Position numbers and translations under genes: made by a program. Shown piece by piece: positions 1 to 7,060 of a DNA stretch of 22,654 nt. The stretch lies in the NCBI GenBank assembly GCA_964450845.1, contig CAYVGZ010000017.1, forward strand, positions 1-22,654. Direction: 5' to 3'. Below the pieces are notes generated by a model. It saw only the letters and a list, made by a program, of their open reading frames with translations, did no database searches and was not told the DNA's origin. Source of the DNA: an uncultured Candidatus Bathyarchaeia archaeon. Its GTDB lineage: Archaea > Thermoproteota > Bathyarchaeia > Bathyarchaeales > Bathycorpusculaceae. The number at the start of each line of letters is the position of its first letter. Position 1 is the stretch's first letter.

Positions 1-42
1 TCCTTAAATTGAGGAAATAGAAGATACTTTTATGCACGCATA

Positions 43-321
43 TTAATCTTTTATTGCTTCTATTAGGCTCATCACATTCCACAGCTTAACCCGCGTATAA
101 GGCGGCATATTCGGATCCTGCAAAATCTCATCCAAAATCGAAATAACATTCGAAGCCCTAACAGCAGGCGTAAACTCACCCGACTGCAAAGCCTCCATAC
201 TATCCTTCGCCGCACGCCTAATATTCCTAGGCGTCGTATTATCCTCAGAAACCGCACCCAACACAACCAACGCCTGCCTAATCTTCTCCTCATACTCCAC
301 CATCTTCTTCTTCCTAACCAC
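43..321 (-). CDS. UPF0147 family protein
   Basis: Contains EDNTTPRNIRRAAKD, RASNVISILDEILQDPNMP and R-x-x-LW motifs typical of UPF0147. Start moved from 354 to GTG at 321, which has GGGGTGG (SD-like) just upstream. Confidence 0.85.
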   Translation of the reverse strand: MVRKKKMVEYEEKIRQALVVLGAVSEDNTTPRNIRRAAKDSMEALQSGEFTPAVRASNVISILDEILQDPNMPPYTRVKLWNVMSLIEAIKD

Positions 322-366
322 ACACGCCACCCCACACAGTTGCATCATAATCAACTTATTATAGGC

Positions 367-374
367 TTTTATAC
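367..374. promoter_or_regulatory. Candidate TATA box in the divergent UPF0147/UPF0148 gap (possibly bidirectional)
   Basis: TTTTATAC on + lies about 25 nt before the TTG at 399; it reads TATAAAA on the - strand. Confidence 0.4.
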
Positions 375-398
375 TATTTCACTCTGAGGCTTTAAAAC

Positions 399-764
399 TT
401 GCCACAAGAAAAACCAGAAGAACAACACATCAAACGAATGGCAGACTTACTGCGACAAGGCTCAACCCTAACAAATCTAGCTTGCCCAGCATGTTCCTCC
501 CCACTCTTCAGACTAAAAAGCGGAGACCTCTGGTGTGCAAAATGCGAAAAAAAGGTCATAGTAGTGAAAGAAGGAGAAGAGCCAACAAAAACAACAAGCC
601 ACATGGTTTTGGACACACTTGAGGCAACACTTCTAACGAAGGTACAAGAAATACAAAACAAAATGCAACACGAAGAACGCATCGAAGAACTGCAAAAACT
701 AGGCACATCACTTTCAGAACTGCTGGAAAACCTCGAAAAAATAAAAAAACTCAAAAGAATTTAG
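399..764 (+). CDS. UPF0148 / SSSCA1 (autoantigen p27)-like Zn-ribbon protein with C-terminal coiled coil
   Basis: MADLLRQGSTLT followed by CPAC-SSPLF-x8-WCAKC; divergent from UPF0147; TTG start. Confidence 0.85.
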   Translation: MPQEKPEEQHIKRMADLLRQGSTLTNLACPACSSPLFRLKSGDLWCAKCEKKVIVVKEGEEPTKTTSHMVLDTLEATLLTKVQEIQNKMQHEERIEELQKLGTSLSELLENLEKIKKLKRI

Positions 765-778
765 GCGGAACCGCTACA

Positions 779-1288
779 ATGCTTGGGTTATACGAGAATT
801 TCCCGAAAACCGTCCACAAAACAGCATCTTTTGCCACCTCAATTTCAAACAAAAGACTACAACAAACATTGATACAAACGCTCCAAAAAACAAACAACGA
901 AAACTTCAATTTAGAAACAATCGCCAACCCATCCGTGCCCCAATGCACGGTGATTTTGGAATTCGGAATAGCCGAAGCCAACAACTTCAACTATTTAGAC
1001 AATGACGAAACAAACAAAGTACTAAAAATCATACAGAAAAAACCCCTCCAAGTCATGGATTTCTTCTGCGCCCTCCGCTATTATAAAACGCAAAATGAAA
1101 AGAAAACTCCGCTAAGATTCGATTACTACATGATACGCTTCACATTTAACAAAGACTCAATCATAATGCAAATTTTCCACGAAAGAGGACCAAGATACGT
1201 ATCACCCGAAGACATCGCCAACTTTGTCGTCAATAAAATCGGCGAAACTTTTTCCAAGAAAATATTAAAAGTAGTTAAGCCTCTTTAA
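779..1288 (+). CDS. Hypothetical protein (169 aa)
   Basis: Clean ORF 14 nt after UPF0148 with matching codon style; stop overlaps the tmk stop (TTAA at 1285-1288). No family recognised. Confidence 0.75.
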   Translation: MLGLYENFPKTVHKTASFATSISNKRLQQTLIQTLQKTNNENFNLETIANPSVPQCTVILEFGIAEANNFNYLDNDETNKVLKIIQKKPLQVMDFFCALRYYKTQNEKKTPLRFDYYMIRFTFNKDSIIMQIFHERGPRYVSPEDIANFVVNKIGETFSKKILKVVKPL

Positions 1289-1887
1289 CCTCTCTTTTCC
1301 AAAAATCTTAGAACAACTTTTAAAATATCATCGGCAACTTCCTTCTTAGACTTGTTCCCGTCTATTCTAACAAGCTCCCCCTTTTCAACAAATTTCACAT
1401 AAACTTCACGAACCTTCCGCTGAGTTTCCAGATTCTCCATAACCGACTTTTTTGGCTTCAATCTTTTGATTACAGCCTCAGATTCAACATCAACGAAAAT
1501 TGCCAAGTCTGGCCGCATCGCATGCTCGTTTATCATTTCAATCCATTCTAAATCAAGCCCAGTCGCCCCCTGATAAGCTAAGGAGGAATAAACATAACGG
1601 TCAGAAACAACAATTTTTCCCTCATTCAAGGCTGGAATAACTTCTCTCTCTACATGCTCGAAACGGTCAGCAGCAAACAACAACGCCTCAACGATTGAAG
1701 AAACCCGCTTTTTACCGTGTAAACAGTATTTTTGAATGAACTTTCCAATTTTCCCGCGGCTTGGCTCTGAAGTATAAACTGCATCCCAACCCATTTCGCT
1801 CAGTCTTCTCACAAGAAGCTTAGTCTGAGTAGTTTTCCCGCAGCCATCCAACCCCTCAACACAAACGAAGAAAACTTTCCCTTTCAT
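1285..1887 (-). CDS. tmk: Thymidylate kinase
   Basis: P-loop EGLDGCGKTT, EP motif, ALLFAADRFEH, SDRY-x-YSSLAYQG, PDLAIFVD. Confidence 0.95.
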   Translation of the reverse strand: MKGKVFFVCVEGLDGCGKTTQTKLLVRRLSEMGWDAVYTSEPSRGKIGKFIQKYCLHGKKRVSSIVEALLFAADRFEHVEREVIPALNEGKIVVSDRYVYSSLAYQGATGLDLEWIEMINEHAMRPDLAIFVDVESEAVIKRLKPKKSVMENLETQRKVREVYVKFVEKGELVRIDGNKSKKEVADDILKVVLRFLEKRG

Positions 1888-1896
1888 CTCATCAAC

Positions 1897-1925
1897 CCTA
1901 ATGCTTTAGGCGTTAGGCATTATAA
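1897..1925 (-). promoter_or_regulatory. tmk promoter: TATA (1919-1925) plus imperfect palindrome (1897-1917)
   Basis: TTATAAT on the - strand; CCTAATGC-tttag-GCGTTAGG (7 of 8 complementary) lies between it and the ATG. Confidence 0.4.
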
Positions 1926-1974
1926 GAGTGAAGATACATTAATAATTATTTCAGAAATATCGGGGAAACAGCAT

Positions 1975-3255
1975 ATGCCTAGAAATTACTGGAGTGAAAT
2001 AAAGGACCCCGTGCATGGATACGTATACATAACCGAAAAAGAAAAAGAAATAATCGACTCTTTCCCATTCCAGAGACTACACAGACTACGCCAACTGGCA
2101 GGCGCAGAATACGTTTATCCAGGAGCAAACCACACGCGTTTTGAACATTCTATCGGCGTTCTGTATTTGGCGGGCAAGGTTGCGGAAAACCCCAATATTG
2201 CCCGAAGCACAAGCGAAGACGAAACAGAAATTGTTAGGATTGCGGCTTTGCTTCATGATGTCGGACATGGACCCTTCTCGCATGTTTTTGAACATTTACT
2301 CGATAAAGAGTTGAGGAAGACGCATGAAGACATGACACATTGGGTGATCACAAACAGCGAATTAAAAGACAAACTCGGCAGAATTGGATATGACTCGAGA
2401 GAAATAGGAAAACTGGCAATAGGCGTCCTTCACAAACCCAAAAAAGCATTCCTAGACCAAATAATAAGTAGTGCTGTTGACGTAGACAAACTAGACTTCG
2501 TCGTACGCGACACACATCATACAGGCGCTGAATACGGGTACATCGACATTTTCCGACTAATCCATGCCCTAGACATCCTAGACGAAAATTTAGCAGTGGA
2601 TTTGGGCGCACTTTCAGCCCTTGAATCTCTCATAATAGCCCGAATAGAATCATTCAAAAGCATATACTTTCACCGAGTCGGAAGAGCAGCACAAATAATG
2701 CTCGCCACGGCTATGGAAAAGGCAAATGAAGAACTCGGCTTAACAAGTTTCAAAACTACAGAAGAGTACCTAGCCATGGATGATTATACAGTGTGGACTA
2801 AACTGAAAAACTGCAAAAAATCAAGCGGAATCATAAAAAATCTTGAGAGGCGAAAACTGCTCAAATGTGTCTATGAGAGAACTTTTTACGAAAAAGACGC
2901 TATGATTTCAAACATTTTTAGCCAAGAAACACATAGAAAACAGCTACAAGTAGACATTTCGAAAAAGGCGGGGGTTGAAACAGAAGCAGTTACAATAGAT
3001 GTGCCTACAGTTCCATCCGTCCCATATCACCATTCAGTTCTCATGGAACCCATGGAAATCCCAGTGTTCTACAAAACATGGGAAGGCAACAGGGTTATAC
3101 AACGTTTAAGCGAAATTTCAAAAATTTTCGAAGTTCTAAAGGGCTTCATAAACATATTACGCGTCTACACAGATGAGGAAAACCGTGAAAAAGTCAGCAA
3201 TGCAGCTTCAAAAATTTTAGGTGACATTCCCACATCAGCAAAAATATCATATTAG
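1975..3255 (+). CDS. HD-domain phosphohydrolase, dNTP triphosphohydrolase/SAMHD1-like
   Basis: DPVHG, FQRL-x2-LRQL, YPGANHTRFEHSIG, ALLHDVGHGPFSH, DVDKLDFVVRD, YFHRV motifs. Confidence 0.9.
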   Translation: MPRNYWSEIKDPVHGYVYITEKEKEIIDSFPFQRLHRLRQLAGAEYVYPGANHTRFEHSIGVLYLAGKVAENPNIARSTSEDETEIVRIAALLHDVGHGPFSHVFEHLLDKELRKTHEDMTHWVITNSELKDKLGRIGYDSREIGKLAIGVLHKPKKAFLDQIISSAVDVDKLDFVVRDTHHTGAEYGYIDIFRLIHALDILDENLAVDLGALSALESLIIARIESFKSIYFHRVGRAAQIMLATAMEKANEELGLTSFKTTEEYLAMDDYTVWTKLKNCKKSSGIIKNLERRKLLKCVYERTFYEKDAMISNIFSQETHRKQLQVDISKKAGVETEAVTIDVPTVPSVPYHHSVLMEPMEIPVFYKTWEGNRVIQRLSEISKIFEVLKGFINILRVYTDEENREKVSNAASKILGDIPTSAKISY

Positions 3256-3265
3256 AGTGCATGAC

Positions 3266-3679
3266 ATGCAGCCAATAACATTAAGGGGAAGAGCAATCGT
3301 AGAGGGATGTTGCAAAGCCGAAGCCCTAGTGTCCACAAAGCCGATAAGCTTTTTGGGAGGAGTCGACCCTGCAGATGGCAAAGTATCCGACAAAAACCAT
3401 GACTTATGTGGTGAATGCATTAAAGACAAGGTTCTATGTTTTCCACATGGACACGGCTCAACCGTAGGCAGTTATGTGCTATATTCTCTAGCGAAGAAAA
3501 AGTTGGCGCCAAAAGCAATAGTAAATCAGAAAGCTGACCCAGTTGTTGTGGTTGGAGCCATAATCGCCAACATTACCATGATTGACCAAATAGACATCAC
3601 ACAAATCAAAACAGGCGACTTAGTTGAGGTTAACGCTTACGAGGGCTTCGTTAAGGTTTTGAAAAGAAAGGAGAACTGA
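3266..3679 (+). CDS. Aconitase X small (swiveling, DUF126) subunit; probable phosphomevalonate dehydratase small subunit
   Basis: PISFLGGVD and GHGSTVGSYV with the catalytic Ser; adjacent to the DUF521 gene. Start set to ATG 3266 rather than the upstream in-frame codon inside the HD gene. Confidence 0.88.
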   Translation: MQPITLRGRAIVEGCCKAEALVSTKPISFLGGVDPADGKVSDKNHDLCGECIKDKVLCFPHGHGSTVGSYVLYSLAKKKLAPKAIVNQKADPVVVVGAIIANITMIDQIDITQIKTGDLVEVNAYEGFVKVLKRKEN

Positions 3680-3685
3680 ATAGGC

Positions 3686-4861
3686 ATGTACTTAACGAGG
3701 GAGGAAGAGCGCATCTACGATGGCGAGTTTGGCTGGGCAAACCAGATATGCATGAAAATACTTGTCCGTTTGGGTGAACTTTTCAACGCAACAAGGCTAA
3801 TTCCAATAAATTCCGCACATGTCTCTGGAGTCTCATACAAAACTCTGGGCGATGCTCCATCAGATTTCCTAGAAGCACTAGCGAATGACGATGCAAGAGT
3901 GAAAGTCAAAGCAACACTAAATCCGCAAAGTTTTGACAGGGAATATCTGTGCAAAAAGTTGCCACAATATCTGCATCGAAAACAGTCAAATATTATGACA
4001 TTTTTTGAGAAAATGGGTTTTACTGAATCATTAACATGCACGCCATACTACATGGAAAACCCAAAGAGAGGTTCACACCTAGCCTGGGCTGAGTCTTCAG
4101 CCGTAATTTTCGCCAATTCTGTCGCCGGAGCATGGACGAACCGCGAAGGAGGACCAAGCGCCCTAGCAGCAGCAATAATCGGAAAAACACCAGATTATGG
4201 AATACACAAAGCTGAAAATCGTCAACCAAAAGTTTTGGTAAAACTGGAAAAGCAGTTGCAAAGCGAAGTAGAATTTGGGGCTCTAGGAATATATTTGGGC
4301 AAAATTTTAGAAGACAAAATTCCAATAATTCAAGGCTTACAAAATGCTTCAGAAGACAATTTAAAACAGTTAGGAGCTGCTCTTGCATCAACAGGCATGG
4401 TCAACATGTTCTACCGTGAAAATAGAGACATAAAATTTAGTGAAACCGAAAAACTAAGCGTAGAAACTAGAGACATAAAGCAGACAACCGAAAATTTGAC
4501 TACGACCTCAACGCAGAAACCAGACTTAGTCTTTGTCGGGTGTCCTCACTGCTCATTAAACGAAATCAAACAAGTAGCAGAGTTAATAGGCATCGGAGAG
4601 GTTAAGGAAGGAACAGAATTTTGGGTTTGCACTTCACGCCATATCAAAGAAAAAACTAGAAAATATGTGGAAAAAATAGAGAAAAGCAGAGGCCACGTAC
4701 TTACAGACACATGTGCAGTGGTCACATGGACTGAAAAACTTGGAATAAAAACGATAATGACAAACTCTGCAAAAACAGCCCACTACGCACCAACATTAAA
4801 CAAAGCAGAAACCATATTCGCACCATTGAAAGAGTGTCTAAAAACAGCCTTTAAGGGATAA
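3686..4861 (+). CDS. Aconitase X large (DUF521) subunit; probable phosphomevalonate dehydratase large subunit
   Basis: MYLTREEE, HVSGVSY, three cluster-ligand Cys motifs (TCTPY, GCPH, DTC), WAESSAV-x2-ANSV-x-GA-x-TNREGG. Confidence 0.9.
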   Translation: MYLTREEERIYDGEFGWANQICMKILVRLGELFNATRLIPINSAHVSGVSYKTLGDAPSDFLEALANDDARVKVKATLNPQSFDREYLCKKLPQYLHRKQSNIMTFFEKMGFTESLTCTPYYMENPKRGSHLAWAESSAVIFANSVAGAWTNREGGPSALAAAIIGKTPDYGIHKAENRQPKVLVKLEKQLQSEVEFGALGIYLGKILEDKIPIIQGLQNASEDNLKQLGAALASTGMVNMFYRENRDIKFSETEKLSVETRDIKQTTENLTTTSTQKPDLVFVGCPHCSLNEIKQVAELIGIGEVKEGTEFWVCTSRHIKEKTRKYVEKIEKSRGHVLTDTCAVVTWTEKLGIKTIMTNSAKTAHYAPTLNKAETIFAPLKECLKTAFKG

Positions 4862-4909
4862 GATTTATTCGAATGAAGATGTATTTTGCATGATGCTCCG
4901 GCATAAGGG

Positions 4910-5013
4910 GCTCCGGTAGAAGAAACCAAAAAGAAAGGTTCTACCGAATATAGCCCGGTCAAGTATTCCGGCCTTTCGAGCCGAAGACGCGGGTCCGAAT
5001 CCCGCCCGGAGCA
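4910..5013 (+). tRNA. tRNA-Glu (anticodon TTC) with 29-nt intron 4920-4948 at position 10/11; CCA not encoded
   Basis: After removing 4920-4948: acceptor GCTCCGG/CCGGAGC plus discriminator A; D-stem GTAT/GTAT; anticodon arm CCGGC-CTTTCGA-GCCGA; T arm GCGGG-TCCGAAT-CCCGC. The intron junctions fit bulge-helix geometry (CGGT/ACCG helix, AG|A and AA|T bulges). Confidence 0.92.
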
Positions 5014-5016
5014 CTA

Positions 5017-5040
5017 TTCTTACTCTTTTATTTATCATTT
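5017..5040 (+). terminator. T-rich archaeal terminator after tRNA-Glu
   Basis: TTCTTACTCTTTTATTTATCATTT immediately 3' of the tRNA. Confidence 0.5.
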
Positions 5041-5102
5041 GCAAAAACTCATATACAGGCTACTCCTATCGAATACTCTTCACTCTTAGAGGCGAATGAT
5101 TT

Positions 5103-6638
5103 ATGGCGGAAAGAGTGTTTTCAAATTATAAGAAACTCATGGAAAAAGTTAAGCACTTGGCAATTCTGCTGTCAGCTGAAGCCATTGTCCATTGGGATAT
5201 GGAAACAATGATGCCTCCAAAGGCAATAAGATTGCGGAGTCAGCAACTAGAATTGCTTAGCCGTATTGAACATAAGATGAGCACAGACCCAGAAATAGGA
5301 ACTTTATTGGAAGAGATTATGCGGCAATCGATGTATGATAAGCTGGATTATGTTCAGAAGAGAAACGTATACTTAATAAAGAAACAATATGATGAACAGA
5401 CGAAGCTTCCTGAAGAACTTGTTGCAGAAACTGCAAAACAACAGGCCATAACCGTAGATGTTTGGAAAAAAGCCAAGGCAGCAAAAAATTTCTCGATGTT
5501 CAAACCTGAATTGGAAAAGCTTGTTGAATTAAGGAAAAAGGCTGCAGAAATTTTGATGGAAGTTAAGGAGACCGCGACACCATACGATGCGTTAGTAGAC
5601 ATTTTTGAGCCGAAAATGACAGCCAAAACAATCACCAAAGTTTTTGACGAATTAAGAGAAGGCTTGGTTTCGCTGCTTAGGAAGTGTGAAGCCTCCAAAA
5701 AACAACCAGACATAAGCATTCTGAAAGGTGAAGTTCCAATAGACATACAACGCAAGATTTCCAAAGCACTTGCAGAATTTGTCGGATATAATGTAGAGTC
5801 GAAAGAGGCTGGTGGCAGAATCGACGAAACGGAACATCCCTTCACAACTGGTTATTATGATGATGTACGAATAACAACACACTATTATGAAGATTACTTT
5901 GCATCTTCACTGTTTTCAGTACTGCACGAAGCTGGACATGCCATCTATGAGCAAAATCTAAAAAAGGATTGGATGTATCAACCAGTAGGCTCAAGCTGTT
6001 CCTCGGGGTTTCATGAATCGCAAGCTCGGTTCGTGGAAAACATTATTGGACGTTCTCGTGAATTCTGGGCTCATTTTCTACCAAAACTGAGAGAAGTTAC
6101 AGGCAATATTCTTTCAGACGTAGACTTAGACAAGTTTGTCCATGCAGTCAACCAAGTTAAGCCTTCCAAGATTCGCGTTGAGGCAGATGAAGTTACATAT
6201 TGTCTTCATATAATTGTAAGGTTCAATATTGAGCGAGATTTATTCGCTGACAAAATAATGGTGAGGGAGCTCCCAGAAATATGGAACCAAAGTTACAAGG
6301 ACTATCTTGGTGTGCATATTGAGAACGATTCTGAAGGCGTAATGCAAGACACTCATTGGGCTAGCGGCTTATATGGCTATTTCCCAAGCTACGCATTAGG
6401 CAACATCTACAGTGGACAAATCCTCGCCACAATGGAAAAAGACTTACCAAACTGGAGAAAACAAATCGAAAAAGGAAACTTCAGTTCTGTGAAAAATTGG
6501 CTAGTCAAAAGCGTTCACAACTACGGAAACTTGTATGATCCACCAGAATTGATCAGAAACATCGCAGGAAAAGAGCTGAGCGTCAAACCATACTTAAACT
6601 ATCTTAACGGAAAATATTCGACGCTTTACGGTTTCTAA
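5103..6638 (+). CDS. Carboxypeptidase M32 (Taq/Pfu type)
   Basis: HPF, DVRITT, HEAGH (HExxH), HESQ, IRVEADE, GVMQDTHW, GYFPSYALG motifs. Confidence 0.95.
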   Translation: MAERVFSNYKKLMEKVKHLAILLSAEAIVHWDMETMMPPKAIRLRSQQLELLSRIEHKMSTDPEIGTLLEEIMRQSMYDKLDYVQKRNVYLIKKQYDEQTKLPEELVAETAKQQAITVDVWKKAKAAKNFSMFKPELEKLVELRKKAAEILMEVKETATPYDALVDIFEPKMTAKTITKVFDELREGLVSLLRKCEASKKQPDISILKGEVPIDIQRKISKALAEFVGYNVESKEAGGRIDETEHPFTTGYYDDVRITTHYYEDYFASSLFSVLHEAGHAIYEQNLKKDWMYQPVGSSCSSGFHESQARFVENIIGRSREFWAHFLPKLREVTGNILSDVDLDKFVHAVNQVKPSKIRVEADEVTYCLHIIVRFNIERDLFADKIMVRELPEIWNQSYKDYLGVHIENDSEGVMQDTHWASGLYGYFPSYALGNIYSGQILATMEKDLPNWRKQIEKGNFSSVKNWLVKSVHNYGNLYDPPELIRNIAGKELSVKPYLNYLNGKYSTLYGF

Positions 6639-6832
6639 ATCTCTCCTTTTTTCCTCATTCGTTCATAAATTTTGAAAACTATTTTTGCCAAAAAACCGCC
6701 AATTATAAGAGAAAAACCTGCCCAACCAATTATTGCATTATAGTAGTTAGCGCCATACAAAAATAGAACCGCACCCATCACAGTTACACATACGCCTAAT
6801 ATTTCTTTCCACGACATCCAAACAGGCTCCAA
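6635..6832 (-). CDS. Small membrane protein with two predicted TM helices
   Basis: Two hydrophobic stretches around a GANYYN loop and a basic C-terminus; convergent 4-nt overlap with the M32 gene; TATATATAG upstream. Start may be ATG 6817. Confidence 0.65.
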   Translation of the reverse strand: MEPVWMSWKEILGVCVTVMGAVLFLYGANYYNAIIGWAGFSLIIGGFLAKIVFKIYERMRKKGEI

Positions 6833-6924
6833 ATGTTAAGTCTAAACTTTTTAGCCCCCTATATATAGACTTGCCGATGGAGATGATAGTGCTTATTAGC
6901 GGAATAGGCAACACATAGTGCTAC

Positions 6925-7026
6925 AATATGCAGGAAAACATGATCTTCAGAATTGCATCCGACAGTTATTGGACCAGATTCATTTCCTTTTCTGCATATT
7001 ATTGTTGATTCCGACAGTTTTATATA
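6925..7026 (+). promoter_or_regulatory. fae-hps upstream region: inverted repeat, direct repeat and TATA box
   Basis: AATATGCAG (6925-6933) / CTGCATATT (6992-7000); TCCGACAGTT at 6958 and 7010; TTTATATA at 7019-7026, about 35 nt before the ATG at 7061. Confidence 0.55.
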
Positions 7027-7060
7027 CAACCTTAACCATTGTTGCTTGTGGCGATTCAAA

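Noticed and set aside
4895-4916. Possible second 15-nt intron, with the tRNA starting at 4895
   Set aside because: Each possible junction within the GCTCCGG repeat was tested; none gives a 4-bp central helix with correctly placed bulges.
5014-5102. tRNA 3' end as an integration site for a mobile element
   Set aside because: No integrase nearby and no duplicated tRNA 3' fragment seen in the window.
6953-7060. 36-aa N-terminal extension of Fae-Hps in the ORF track
   Set aside because: It spans the TATA box at 7019-7026; ATG 7061 is the plausible start.
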